Source: Deltaproteobacteria bacterium (GTDB lineage Bacteria > Myxococcota_A > Polyangia > Polyangiales > Houyiibacteriaceae). Taken from it: a DNA stretch of 64,000 nucleotides. Location: NCBI GenBank assembly GCA_034670305.1, contig JAXMNT010000007.1:32001-96000 (forward strand), given 5' to 3'. How positions within the stretch are numbered: the first letter of the stretch is position 1; each line of letters begins with the position of its first letter. A model generated the notes under the pieces. It worked only from the letters and a program-made list of their open reading frames with translations. It did not search any database and was not told the DNA's origin. Positions 48,447 through 60,942 of this stretch are shown piece after piece. The position numbers and the translations under genes are program-made.

Positions 48447-49011
48447 GAACGGCCAACCTAGCACGACCGAAGATGACCGCGCAGGCGGTGCCGTGGTGGT
48501 GGGACAGGGACAGCTCTCGCTTCCGACGGTCGGCACCGTGGCGCTCCGCTGGACCGAGCGCGGGCTTTCGATGCTGAGCTGGGACGAACTCCCGGTGCTT
48601 GCGGACGTGAAGACCTACCGCCGGATCCCGAGTCTGTTCGCGAAGCCGCTCCGAGCGTACGCGGACGGCAAAGGGGTGGACCCGGCGCGAGAGGTGCCGG
48701 TCGACTTGGTCGGGACCGAGTTTCAGGTCCGGGTGTGGCACGCCCTGCGCGAGGTGCCGCTCGGCGCGGTCCGCACCTACGCCGGCATCGCATCCGACAT
48801 CGGGCAGGTGCGGGCGTCGCGGGCGGTCGGTCTGGCCAACGGCCGCAACCCCGTACCGATCGCCGTGCCATGTCATCGCATCGTGGGCAGCGGACACACG
48901 CTTGGCGGCTTCAGCGCTGGGCTCGACGTGAAGCGGCGCCTGCTTCGGCTCGAGGGGGTGCGCATCCTCGACAACGACCAGCTGCACCCCGGCCAACTGA
49001 CGCTCTTCTGA
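48445..49011 (+). CDS. ogt: Methylated-DNA--protein-cysteine methyltransferase
   Basis: GTEFQVRVW, RAVGLANGRNP, PCHRIV. The true start may be a GTG near 48492. Confidence 0.9.
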   Translation: MNGQPSTTEDDRAGGAVVVGQGQLSLPTVGTVALRWTERGLSMLSWDELPVLADVKTYRRIPSLFAKPLRAYADGKGVDPAREVPVDLVGTEFQVRVWHALREVPLGAVRTYAGIASDIGQVRASRAVGLANGRNPVPIAVPCHRIVGSGHTLGGFSAGLDVKRRLLRLEGVRILDNDQLHPGQLTLF

Positions 49012-49178
49012 GGGCCGCTCAGAGCAAGCCGTGCTTCATGGCCAGCAACGCATCTGTGGTCGAGCCCGCTGCGCTGGCTGGCTTCCGAGAGGTTGCAGGA
49101 GTGAGGCCTTGCAGCCCGCCCCGCCCTAGGCGCGGCCACGGAAGGCGCGGTCGCACAGGCGACAGCCGAGCGTGCGCC

Positions 49179-51998
<2,820 letters not shown>

Positions 51999-52074
51999 GC
52001 CGGTCACGTAACCTCAAAGGGCGGCTCCGTCGACCATCTCCGACGTACCGGTTGGGCGTTCTGCGACGGTGCGT

Positions 52075-53196
52075 CTACTCGGCGGATGCGAGCGCGCGGC
52101 AGCGGACTTCGGCGTCTGCGCGGACCCGCGCCTGGCGGGCGTGCAGAATGTGCGGCGGCACGACCGCGCTCGGGGCCGAGGCAGAGGGGTCGTCGTCCGC
52201 GGCGCGTGCCTGGAAGAAGAGCGCCGGGTCGTCGACGATGTCGAACAGCTCCTCGTCCGTTTCCAGCAGTTCGCAGTTGCGTCGGCGGATCCAATCCACG
52301 ATGCGGGGGAGGGCGCGCACGGTCCAGGGATGGGTGTCGTGCATGAGCACGATGCCGCCCCGCTCGCCTTCTTCGCGTTCGACCCGGGCGAGCACCCGCC
52401 GCCACGTGTCGAAGACGATCTCAGGATCGGTGACCTGGAAGTCGCCGCTGCCGATGTTCCACAGCACGGTGGTGTAGTCGCGCTCCGCCAAGATGCGGTC
52501 GATGCGCGCCGATCGGGCGCCGTAGGGCGGGCGGAAGAGGTAGGGGCGCTGGCCGATGATGCGTTCGATGGCTTCTTCGGCTCGGACCACCTGCGCCCGT
52601 GCATCGCGCGAATCGAGCAGGGTGAGCTGTTCGTGGTCGGCGGTGTGGTTGCCCACCACGTGGCCGCGGTCGACGATGTCTTTGAGAAGCTCCGCCTGCG
52701 CCCGGATCCGATCCCCGCGCCCTTCGACGCGGCTGGTCGTGACGAAGAAGACCGCCCGGATCCCCAGCGTGTCGAGTTCGCGCAGCAGGCGCGGGGTGGT
52801 TCGGCGGTCGGGGCCGTCGTCGAACGTGAAGAGGATCATCCGATGCGCGGTGCCGCCCCGAATGATGCGACCGCCCCGCAACTGTTCCGCCACCCCGTGG
52901 TCCAGCCGCACTTCTTCGGCATCGAAGACCAGGTCGCTCGGGGGTTCCGCCGCAGGTGCAGGGGGCGCTTCATGCACCACCGGGCGAGCGCGGCGGCGGG
53001 GTGTTCGCGTGCCGCTGCTGGAGTGGGCTTGCGCCAAGGCCACGCCAGACACGTCACTCGACACGACCGAAGGGGACCCGGGTTCTCGAACGGACATCTC
53101 GGCCGCCCACGTACCGGCGAGCAGCGCCAGCGCGCACGCCAAGACCCGTGCTGCAGCCGCGCTCCGCGATCGGCGCCCCTCGGAAAGTCGTCCCAC
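52075..53196 (-). CDS. Polysaccharide deacetylase (CE4/NodB)
   Basis: TFDDGP, NHTADH, FRPPYG, LMHD; N-terminal signal/TM segment. Confidence 0.92.
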   Translation of the reverse strand: MGRLSEGRRSRSAAAARVLACALALLAGTWAAEMSVREPGSPSVVSSDVSGVALAQAHSSSGTRTPRRRARPVVHEAPPAPAAEPPSDLVFDAEEVRLDHGVAEQLRGGRIIRGGTAHRMILFTFDDGPDRRTTPRLLRELDTLGIRAVFFVTTSRVEGRGDRIRAQAELLKDIVDRGHVVGNHTADHEQLTLLDSRDARAQVVRAEEAIERIIGQRPYLFRPPYGARSARIDRILAERDYTTVLWNIGSGDFQVTDPEIVFDTWRRVLARVEREEGERGGIVLMHDTHPWTVRALPRIVDWIRRRNCELLETDEELFDIVDDPALFFQARAADDDPSASAPSAVVPPHILHARQARVRADAEVRCRALASAE

Positions 53197-53414
53197 GTCC
53201 CGAAGGTAGGATGATGTCCTACATCATGGCGAGAAAGTGGCAGGTGGCGTGGGCCAACATCCAACCAGGGGGTCCGTTCGAGGCTGACGTTCGTTCGTGT
53301 TCGGCGCCGGACAGCGGTCTCGCCCCTGACGTGAGCGAAAGGAACGTCGAGGAAACGTGACCACGCGGCGGCTTGGCTTGCAGGGGGCGTGCGAAGTGGT
53401 ACCGCCCGCGCACG

Positions 53415-54728
53415 ATGAAGCGACCCGAAGAGATCCGACCCGCGTCCGGCAAGCTGGGCATTCTTCTCCCCGGCATGGGCGCCGTAGGCACGACCCTCAT
53501 TGCTGGCTGCATACTGGCCCGCAAAGGCATCGCGAAGCCGTTCGGCTCGTTGACCCAGATGGGCACGATTCGGATCGGCAAACGCACCGATGGCCAGAGC
53601 CCACGGATCAAAGACTTCCTTCCCATCGCCAAGCTGGACGACATCGTCTTCGGCGGCTGGGACCTGTTCCACGACGACGCTTTGACCGCGGCCCGCAATG
53701 CGTCGGTGCTCTCCCGCGACCACCTCGATGCGATCGCAGACGAGCTCGCGGCGGTGAAGCCGATGCCGGCCGTGTTCTTTCCCGAGTTCGTCAAACGGCT
53801 CCGCGGCGAGAACGTGAAGACGCAGACCAACAAGATGGAGCTCGCCGAAGCGGTCCGTCAGGACATCCGCGACTTCAAGAAGAACAACGGGCTCGACCGG
53901 GCCGTCGCCGTCTGGTGTGGCTCGACCGAAGTCCACCGCGAGCCGACCGAGGTCCATTCGTCGATCGAGAAGTTCGAAGCAGGCCTCCGGGCCAGCGACC
54001 CGGCCATCAGCCCGTCTCAGGTGTACTGCTACGCGTGCCTCAAGGAAGAGGTCGGCTACGCGAATGGCGCGCCGAACCTCACCGAAGACCTCCCGGTCAT
54101 GCTGGAACTCTCCAAGCTCACCGGCGCACCGCTCTCCGGCAAGGACTTCAAGACCGGTCAGACGCTGATGAAGACGATCCTGGCGCCCGGTCTTCGCGCC
54201 CGTCAGCTCGGCATTCGGGGGTGGTTCTCCACCAACATCCTGGGCAACCGAGATGGCGAAGTGCTCGAAGATCCGGAGAGCTTCAAGAGCAAAGAAGTGA
54301 GCAAGCTCGGGGTGCTCGAGACGATCCTTCAGCCCGAAGTTCAGCCCGAACTCTACGGCGACATGTACCACGCCGTTCGGATCAACTATTACCCGCCGCG
54401 TGGGGATGAGAAAGAGGGCTGGGACAACATCGACATCTTCGGATGGCTCGGTTATCCCATGCAGATCAAGATCAACTTCCTCTGCCGGGACTCGATCCTG
54501 GCCGCGCCGTTGGCGCTTGATCTGGCCCTCTTGATGGACCTCGGTCAGCGCGCGGGCATGACCGGCATCCAGGAGTGGTTGAGCTTCTATTACAAGAGTC
54601 CCGCCACCCCAGCCGGGCTCTACCCGGAGAACAACCTGTTCGTTCAGCAGGCCAAGCTGAAGAACACCATGCGCTGGATCATGGGCGAAGAGCTCATCAC
54701 CCACCTCGGGAACGAATACTACGACTGA
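53415..54728 (+). CDS. ino1: myo-inositol-1-phosphate synthase
   Basis: PGMGAVGTT, VFGGWD, GKDFKTGQT, STNILGNRDG, CRDSILAAP, SFYYKSP. Confidence 0.95.
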   Translation: MKRPEEIRPASGKLGILLPGMGAVGTTLIAGCILARKGIAKPFGSLTQMGTIRIGKRTDGQSPRIKDFLPIAKLDDIVFGGWDLFHDDALTAARNASVLSRDHLDAIADELAAVKPMPAVFFPEFVKRLRGENVKTQTNKMELAEAVRQDIRDFKKNNGLDRAVAVWCGSTEVHREPTEVHSSIEKFEAGLRASDPAISPSQVYCYACLKEEVGYANGAPNLTEDLPVMLELSKLTGAPLSGKDFKTGQTLMKTILAPGLRARQLGIRGWFSTNILGNRDGEVLEDPESFKSKEVSKLGVLETILQPEVQPELYGDMYHAVRINYYPPRGDEKEGWDNIDIFGWLGYPMQIKINFLCRDSILAAPLALDLALLMDLGQRAGMTGIQEWLSFYYKSPATPAGLYPENNLFVQQAKLKNTMRWIMGEELITHLGNEYYD

Positions 54729-54782
54729 GCCAACGTAGATCGAACGGCTGGGCCCACCACTGAGTTTGGGAGACCCAGCGTT

Positions 54783-56603
54783 CTATCGAAACGTCTCTCG
54801 AAACTGATCTTCCAGAGATGCGAAGATCAAATCATCCATTCGTTCGTCTTCTTCGAGCCGGTCGAGTTCCTTGAGTGCCTGCCGTTTGTACTTGCCGAGG
54901 GTGAGCGCCGTGAAGAGGTCGATCCGGGCTTCGATCCAATCGGGGCGCAGGTCGAGACAGAACTCGAACTCCTCGATCGCCTCGTCGATCCGCTTGACCA
55001 GCAAGTAGACGTTGCCGCGGTTGAACCGCAGCAGATCCCCGCCCGGCAGCGTGGGAATGACCGCGTCGTAGTGTTCCAGCGCCGCGAGGTCGTCCCCCGA
55101 GGCGCTGAGCGCGTACCCCAGGCCGGCGTGTGCGCTGAGGGCGGTGGGGTCGAGCTCGACCGCGCGGCGGAACGCGACCACCGCCTCCGGCCACCGCTCC
55201 GTGTCGCACTCCGACCAGCCGAGCTCCGACATCAACGCGGCGTGCATGGGGAAGTGAGGGGTGTGGTCGCTCGGCGGCAGACCTTCGTCGAGTGCGATCC
55301 GGAGCTGTCCGAAGACCAATGGGTCGAGCACGGGGTGGGAGGCCTCGAGCAGCGCCTTCGCGCCCTCGAGGTCGCCGGCGTGGGCGCGCACCACCACCGC
55401 CGCGCGCACGCAGAGGGCGTCGCTGGGGTGCGCCTCTAGGGCTGTGTCGATGGCTGCGCGTGCTGCCTCGGGGTCGCCGCGGCGCAGTCGGAGGCCCGCC
55501 AGGTTGATGCCCGCGATGGAGAATGGGAGCTCGGCCTCGAGGGCGGCCTGCAAGCTGGCTTCCGCTTGGGCGTACGCCGCCTCGGGGTCCTCCGCGGTGG
55601 CGGCGCCCATGGTCTGGATCACCCCGAGTTGAAAATGCAGCGCGCCCACGTCCGGATGCGTCTCGATGGCGATTTCGGCGAATCGCAAGCCCGACTCGTC
55701 GCCGCGCGCAGCGAACGCGGTGAGGCTCTGTTCCAGCCCGCGCGGCGTCATCGCTTCGACGGCGGCTCGGGCGAGTGCCTCGTTCCCGTCGCGCAGCTCC
55801 CGAGCGACGGTCATGCCCTGCACAATCCACGCGATCTCGCCCACGACGACGTGGGGCACCACCGAGTCCTCGAACATCTGGATGACTCGGTTCTGGGCGT
55901 TCTCCCCGCCCAGTTCGCAGTGCCGCAAGTACATCACCTCGTGCAACGCGGTGATGGCGCCCGCGAGCCAAAGGGCTTCTTCGGTCTCGGTCGGGAACTG
56001 GATGCTCCCCACGAGAAAGTTCGGAGAGGTTCGAGAGGGCAGCTTCGGCTCGAGCAGTAGGTCGGTGCCGATCGTGGCCTGCCACGGCGCGCCGTGATCC
56101 TCCCAAGTCGCGTAGAGCGTGTGCGGGTCCAACGCCTTCACCTTCAGCCGGCCACGCTCCAGTGTCCCGAGCGGCTCGACGGCGGGCGGGTTTCGTTCGG
56201 TGTCCGCCTGGCCGTTGGCTCTGCGATCGACGGGCGCGTTCGCATCGGTCGCGTACACGGGCACGTCCCCCAATCCCAGCACTTCGAGCGCCAGGCTGGT
56301 GCGGAGTCTTCCGAGGCGGGCTGGGTCGTTCACGACGACGACCGCGTCGGTCCGCGTCACCAGGTCGTCGGTGCTGGGCGTCGGGTCGGGTGCATCCTCG
56401 GAAACCGGGAGCAGCACGAGCACGTTGCCGGCGTCGGTCTCCAAGAAGACGCCCCCGAATCCAGCCGCACCCAGGATGGGCGGGACCCGCTGTTCAGAGG
56501 CCTTCGTCCCGTAGAATCCGGTCTTGCTCCGCCGCCGCTCAATCAAGAAGAAGACGAGCACCACCGCCGCAACCAACCCGCCGACCCCGAGCGCAAAACC
56601 CAT
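54783..56603 (-). CDS. Membrane-anchored TPR protein
   Basis: N-terminal TM followed by RRR; C-terminal TPRs (AFRRAVELDP, FNRGNVY, CLDLRPDW). Confidence 0.75.
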   Translation of the reverse strand: MGFALGVGGLVAAVVLVFFLIERRRSKTGFYGTKASEQRVPPILGAAGFGGVFLETDAGNVLVLLPVSEDAPDPTPSTDDLVTRTDAVVVVNDPARLGRLRTSLALEVLGLGDVPVYATDANAPVDRRANGQADTERNPPAVEPLGTLERGRLKVKALDPHTLYATWEDHGAPWQATIGTDLLLEPKLPSRTSPNFLVGSIQFPTETEEALWLAGAITALHEVMYLRHCELGGENAQNRVIQMFEDSVVPHVVVGEIAWIVQGMTVARELRDGNEALARAAVEAMTPRGLEQSLTAFAARGDESGLRFAEIAIETHPDVGALHFQLGVIQTMGAATAEDPEAAYAQAEASLQAALEAELPFSIAGINLAGLRLRRGDPEAARAAIDTALEAHPSDALCVRAAVVVRAHAGDLEGAKALLEASHPVLDPLVFGQLRIALDEGLPPSDHTPHFPMHAALMSELGWSECDTERWPEAVVAFRRAVELDPTALSAHAGLGYALSASGDDLAALEHYDAVIPTLPGGDLLRFNRGNVYLLVKRIDEAIEEFEFCLDLRPDWIEARIDLFTALTLGKYKRQALKELDRLEEDERMDDLIFASLEDQFRETFR

Positions 56604-56734
56604 CGTCTGAGCTTACCTCATCGGCCCTATCGGCCTGGCACGCGTGCTGGCGGAAGAAGCGCCCTCCCTCTGCGTTTGCAGAACACGACCGAAGCCGGCC
56701 GACGCGGTAGGTGAGAGGCCGCGACGGGATCGAT

Positions 56735-57592
56735 TCAGTCCGACTTCGCGAAGTCGGCGGCGGAATGGCGCTCCGGGAGTTGGGTGGCTTCGTCGCCCCA
56801 GGTCCGGTTCACCCGCCGGCCGCGCTGTGCGGCGGGGCGCTTCGCGATCTGGTCGGCCCAGCGGATCACGTGTTCGTATTCGTGTACGGAGAGGAACTCG
56901 CCCGCGTCGTAGATCACGCCCTTCACGAGGGCGCCATACCACGGCCACACCGCGATGTCGGCGATCGAGTACTCGCTTCCCGCGAGGAACTCGTGCTCCG
57001 CGAGGCGCTTGTCGAGCACGTCGAGTTGGCGTTTGGTCTCCATGGCGAAGCGGTCGATCGCGTATTCGATCTTCTCGGGCGCGTACGCATAGAAGTGCCC
57101 GAACCCGCCGCCGAGGTAGGGACCGGCGCCCATCTGCCAGAAGAGCCACGACAGCGCTTCGGTCCGTCCCGCGTGGTCCTTGGGCAGCAACGCGCCGAAC
57201 TTCTCGGCGAGGTAGAGCAGGATCGCACCCGATTCGAAGACCCGCTGCGGCTCGTCGCCGCTTCGGTCGAGCAGGGCAGGGATCTTGGAGTTCGGGTTGA
57301 TCCCGACGAACCCGCTCCCGAACTGATCGCCTTCGATGATGTTGATGATCCAAGCGTCGTACTCGGCCTCCGAGAACCCGCGCTCCAGCAGCTCTTCGAA
57401 CATCGTCGTGACCTTCACCCCGTTCGGTGTGGCCAGCGAGTACAACTGGAACGGGTGCTCACCGAGAGGCAGTTCTTTGTCGTGGGTGGCACCCGAGATG
57501 GGTCGGTTGATGCTGGCGAACTTGCCGCCGCCCTCGGGGTCCCAGGTCCAGACCCGGGGGGGCACGTACGCTTCAGGTTTCGGATCGGTCAT
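56735..57592 (-). CDS. yghU: Glutathione-dependent disulfide oxidoreductase (GST Nu class)
   Basis: YVPPRVWTW, FASINRP, LYSLATPNGVKV, NPNSKIPAL, FESGAIL, ERHSAADF. Confidence 0.92.
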   Translation of the reverse strand: MTDPKPEAYVPPRVWTWDPEGGGKFASINRPISGATHDKELPLGEHPFQLYSLATPNGVKVTTMFEELLERGFSEAEYDAWIINIIEGDQFGSGFVGINPNSKIPALLDRSGDEPQRVFESGAILLYLAEKFGALLPKDHAGRTEALSWLFWQMGAGPYLGGGFGHFYAYAPEKIEYAIDRFAMETKRQLDVLDKRLAEHEFLAGSEYSIADIAVWPWYGALVKGVIYDAGEFLSVHEYEHVIRWADQIAKRPAAQRGRRVNRTWGDEATQLPERHSAADFAKSD

Positions 57593-57622
57593 GCGTTTCC
57601 TGTCGGGCTCGAGCAAGGGACG

Positions 57623-58222
57623 TTACGTTTGTTGGGCCAGGCGCGCCCGCACGAACGGAACGCTCGCGACGATCCACGCGTCGGTGGCCGTCAGCCCGAG
57701 CCGCTGAAAGAGACCGTTCGGTCCTTCGACCCAGACGCTGAGCACCAAACACACGATGGACACGCCGCCGCACCCGATTCCGAACCACGCGAGGCGAGGG
57801 CGGTGCCGCACTCCCGAGAATGCGAGCAAGGGGGTGAAGGCGAGCGAGACGTAGCCGATGCCCGCCGACGCGTTGTGCCAGCCGTCGATGGATTCGGAGT
57901 ATCCGAGCGGGAACGCCGCCACCGCCAACGTCGCCACGCCGGTCGTCGCCGCGGAAGCCCACGCCCAGCCCGGCAGCGCGCGCCGAAGCGCCCACGCGTA
58001 CAGGGGCACGCAGACTCCAAACCCGACAAAGCCCACGTTCATCAGGACCTGGGTGGGCGCTCCCTGAGCAGCCAGGCGGCTGATGGCGTCGTCGATCGGC
58101 GAGTAGCCCTCGAAGCGCAGACCACCGATCAACCACGCGAGCACGAAGAGCCCAGGACCAAGAAACCCGCCCAGCGCACACAGCGCGAGGCGGGTCTGGT
58201 CGGTGCGGGCCGGGGAGGTCAG
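57623..58222 (-). CDS. DUF998-like membrane protein
   Basis: GYSPIDDAISRLAA, several TMs, GLFQRL. Start codon unclear. Confidence 0.7.
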   Translation of the reverse strand: MTSPARTDQTRLALCALGGFLGPGLFVLAWLIGGLRFEGYSPIDDAISRLAAQGAPTQVLMNVGFVGFGVCVPLYAWALRRALPGWAWASAATTGVATLAVAAFPLGYSESIDGWHNASAGIGYVSLAFTPLLAFSGVRHRPRLAWFGIGCGGVSIVCLVLSVWVEGPNGLFQRLGLTATDAWIVASVPFVRARLAQQT

Positions 58223-59241
58223 CGTCGGCCGGCGCGCAGCGCTTTGAGCAGGTTCCGGGCCCCGGAACCGACCTTCGCGGCCACGCGGTCCGGCACGTTC
58301 CGGGCGGTCGCGGCGAACGCGCTCCGCTCGGCAGCGGTCGGCCGGTGCACTTGAATGCCGTAGCGCTCGAGGTTCCGGATGAGCACCGGGTCCATCGACC
58401 GCACGCTCTGTCGACCCTCCGCCACGAGCGAAGGAGGCACGTTCGTCAGCACCGTTTGAATGTCCGCCGGCAGTCCGTCGAACCACCGCTTCGAGTACAC
58501 GATGATGCCCGGCTGGTAGCTGTGTTCGCTGACGTTGAGGTGCTGGGCGGCCTGGTACCAGCTCGTCGCGAACGCGAAGAGCGGGGTGTTGTCGAAACCG
58601 TCGACCGCGTTGGTGCGCAGTGAGGTCAATACGTTGGGTACGTCGATCGGCACCGGGTTGGCGCCGAATGCGCGGTAGCTGCTCAGGTGGACGAACGCTT
58701 CTTGGGAGCGCATTCGCAGCCCCTGCAAGTCGGCCGGGTTGCGAATGGCCCGCTCTCGCGTGAACCAGGAACGGAACCCGTTCTCGGCCCAGAACGCGAA
58801 CTTGAACCCGCGCGCTTCGACCAGGGTGTTGACCTGTCCGAGCACCGCGGCGCTGTCGAGGGCGCGGTCGGCCTGCGTGGTGTTGTCGAAGAGGTAGGGC
58901 GCTTCGATGACGTTGAGCTCAGGTACGAGCGAACCGAGCGCGGCGGTGGATCCACCGAACACCTGGATGCTGCCTTGCGACGTGCGACGCACGAGCGCCT
59001 TCTCACCACCGAGCGCGCCACCCATGAACATCTTCACGCGGACACGTCCGCCGGTGTTCTCTTGGACGTAGCGCCGCATCTTGCGGAGCTGCTTCTCCCA
59101 AGGCGTGCCTTCAGGGGCGATGGTGGCGATCTTCATCTCGATCGTCTCTTGCGCGTCGGCCGGTTCCTCGGCCCCCACGATGAGCAATCCTGAGAGAACG
59201 GCACTCATGGCCGTTACGATGGTCAATACTCTCTTTCGCAT
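58219..59241 (-). CDS. dctP: TRAP/TPAT substrate-binding protein (DctP/TatP)
   Basis: KIATIAPEGTPW, GGALGGE, AENGFR, DLQGLRMR, GANPVP, VDGFDN. Confidence 0.9.
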   Translation of the reverse strand: MRKRVLTIVTAMSAVLSGLLIVGAEEPADAQETIEMKIATIAPEGTPWEKQLRKMRRYVQENTGGRVRVKMFMGGALGGEKALVRRTSQGSIQVFGGSTAALGSLVPELNVIEAPYLFDNTTQADRALDSAAVLGQVNTLVEARGFKFAFWAENGFRSWFTRERAIRNPADLQGLRMRSQEAFVHLSSYRAFGANPVPIDVPNVLTSLRTNAVDGFDNTPLFAFATSWYQAAQHLNVSEHSYQPGIIVYSKRWFDGLPADIQTVLTNVPPSLVAEGRQSVRSMDPVLIRNLERYGIQVHRPTAAERSAFAATARNVPDRVAAKVGSGARNLLKALRAGRR

Positions 59242-59337
59242 CACACTCTCCTCACCACGCACGTGCGGCCCCGCTTGGACGAGGCCGCGATTCACTCATT
59301 CAACGGACACGCGAGAATCCTGCGCCCGTCTCCCACG

Positions 59338-60267
59338 TCACTCGAAGAGATCGTCGGCCTGGGCCTGCAGTTCGCGGGCCTTCCGTTGCTCACACCGGTT
59401 CTCCGGTGCGATCTCGGGGCCACCCATTTCGGGGTCGTTCGCGAGCACCCAAGCGAGGTTCTCGTCGAAGTTCGCCCGGTCTTGCGCTTTCACGGCGTAG
59501 TCGCCGGCCATGAGCACGCGGGTCGCGAAGTAGTTCGGCGCGTGGCGCAGCGAGACCTCGAAGTGCTCGCGGCTGCGCTCCACGTCGCCACCGGCGAAGG
59601 AGGGTGCGCGGCCGTAGAACACACCGAAGTAGCGGTCGGGACCGCGGTGGTAGTAGTCCGGGTCGAGGTCGAGACATCGGCCCATGACGGCCCGGATCTC
59701 GTCCTTGAACGAGAGCAGGGTGGCGAAGCCATCCGCCGAGGCCCACTTGCCGAGGTTGCTGGCGCGCCAGTAGAGGGCTGGCACCGCGCGGGCGTCGAGC
59801 ACTTCGATGGCCTCTTCGATGCGGGTGCCGTTCCGCATCCGCGTCGCGAAGTCGTCCGAGATCGCCATGAGCGCGAACTCGGCGGAGCGGGTGCCTTCTT
59901 CAAACGTCGAAAGCAGCTCTTCGCGCTTCGATTCGTCGAAGCGAAGGTGGCAGTCCGCCAAGAAGTACTGGCTTCGAGACAGCATGGTCCACGCCTCGGG
60001 GTCCGAGCGGTTGGCATTCGCCGCCGCTTGGTACGCCTCGATGGCACGGCGAACCCCGGCCTCTTCGTCTCGTTGTGCCCACGCCTCATTGGCCGTGCTC
60101 ATGAGCGTCGTTTGGTCCGACGCCGTGGTCTGACCCTCGTCGTTGGCCGTCGTATCCCAGGCCGCTTCTCGGCCGCCGCCACATGCAACCGTCACAGCCA
60201 TCGTCCCCACCATCAAAGTGGCGAACATGGACCGTGCGACCAGGAGCGTGCGAATTCCCCGCTTCAT
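59338..60267 (-). CDS. TRAP-associated TatT-like TPR lipoprotein
   Basis: GAGGAGG RBS, lipobox VTVAC, ALYW..SNLG, LDPDYY..G, GGD.ERSREHFE. Lies directly upstream of dctP. Confidence 0.75.
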   Translation of the reverse strand: MKRGIRTLLVARSMFATLMVGTMAVTVACGGGREAAWDTTANDEGQTTASDQTTLMSTANEAWAQRDEEAGVRRAIEAYQAAANANRSDPEAWTMLSRSQYFLADCHLRFDESKREELLSTFEEGTRSAEFALMAISDDFATRMRNGTRIEEAIEVLDARAVPALYWRASNLGKWASADGFATLLSFKDEIRAVMGRCLDLDPDYYHRGPDRYFGVFYGRAPSFAGGDVERSREHFEVSLRHAPNYFATRVLMAGDYAVKAQDRANFDENLAWVLANDPEMGGPEIAPENRCEQRKARELQAQADDLFE

Positions 60268-60356
60268 GACATCCTCCTCGGGCACCGAAGTGCGCGGAAG
60301 CCAGGTACCACCCCCCCAACGAGGGGTCAACGCCGACCAGCTTACGACCCCGACGC

Positions 60357-60395
60357 GGGACGCCCATCTCGCCAAGCGAGCCAGGGCCGGTAGCG
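60357..60395 (-). repeat. Degenerate inverted copy of the 36-bp repeat
   Basis: GGGACGCCCATCTCGCCAAGCGAGCCAGGGCCGGTAGCG matches the reverse complement of copies 3/4 plus flank at 33 of 39 aligned positions (manual alignment). Confidence 0.7.
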
Positions 60396-60519
60396 GGATG
60401 AACATCGACGCGGCGAAGCCGAGCGAAGCGAGCAAGCCGTGTCACCGGGACGGGGTTTGGGGGCCGTGCCCCCAATGAATATTGCGCTCGGGCGGGGACG
60501 CGGCGTATCGTGGCCCGAC

Positions 60520-60942
60520 GTGGCTAAGGAGCACCTTCAGGTCAATGTCGAGACCGTCGAGTCGCTCCTCCGCGAGGGCCGCTGGGACTTCAGCCGGATC
60601 ACCGAGGACACGTGGCGCGGCCACTTTCGGGGACGCACGTCTACGTTTCCGTTCCTCGTTCGAATCATGCCCAGCGGCTACCTCGTGTTCGCCATCGTCC
60701 CATTCCTGGCGTCCCCCGAAGATCAGACCGCTGCAACCGCGCTCTACGATCGGCTGCTGGAACTCAACCAGGTGCTGCTGATGGCGAAGTTCTCCATCGA
60801 CGACGACTTGGATGTCGTGTTGAGTGTCGAGTACCCGACGAGCCACTTCGACAAGAGCGAGTTCGTCGACGCGCTCGATGTGCTTTCGTTCTATGCCGAC
60901 GCGCATTTCGACGAACTCAAACAACTCGCCGCCGAGCCCTGA
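60520..60942 (+). CDS. YbjN-like / T3SS-chaperone-fold protein
   Basis: LYDRLLELNQ..MAKFSIDDD.DVVLSVEYP pattern; about 140 aa, acidic. Confidence 0.7.
   Translation: MAKEHLQVNVETVESLLREGRWDFSRITEDTWRGHFRGRTSTFPFLVRIMPSGYLVFAIVPFLASPEDQTAATALYDRLLELNQVLLMAKFSIDDDLDVVLSVEYPTSHFDKSEFVDALDVLSFYADAHFDELKQLAAEP

Noticed and set aside
48444..48447. Divergent genes sharing one CATG as both start codons
   Set aside because: This leaves no promoter space, and ogt can start at a downstream GTG, so it is probably coincidence.
53280..53360. Possible hammerhead ribozyme or riboswitch before ino1
   Set aside because: CTGACG...GAAA fragments are present, but the CUGAnGA core and the required stems are not.
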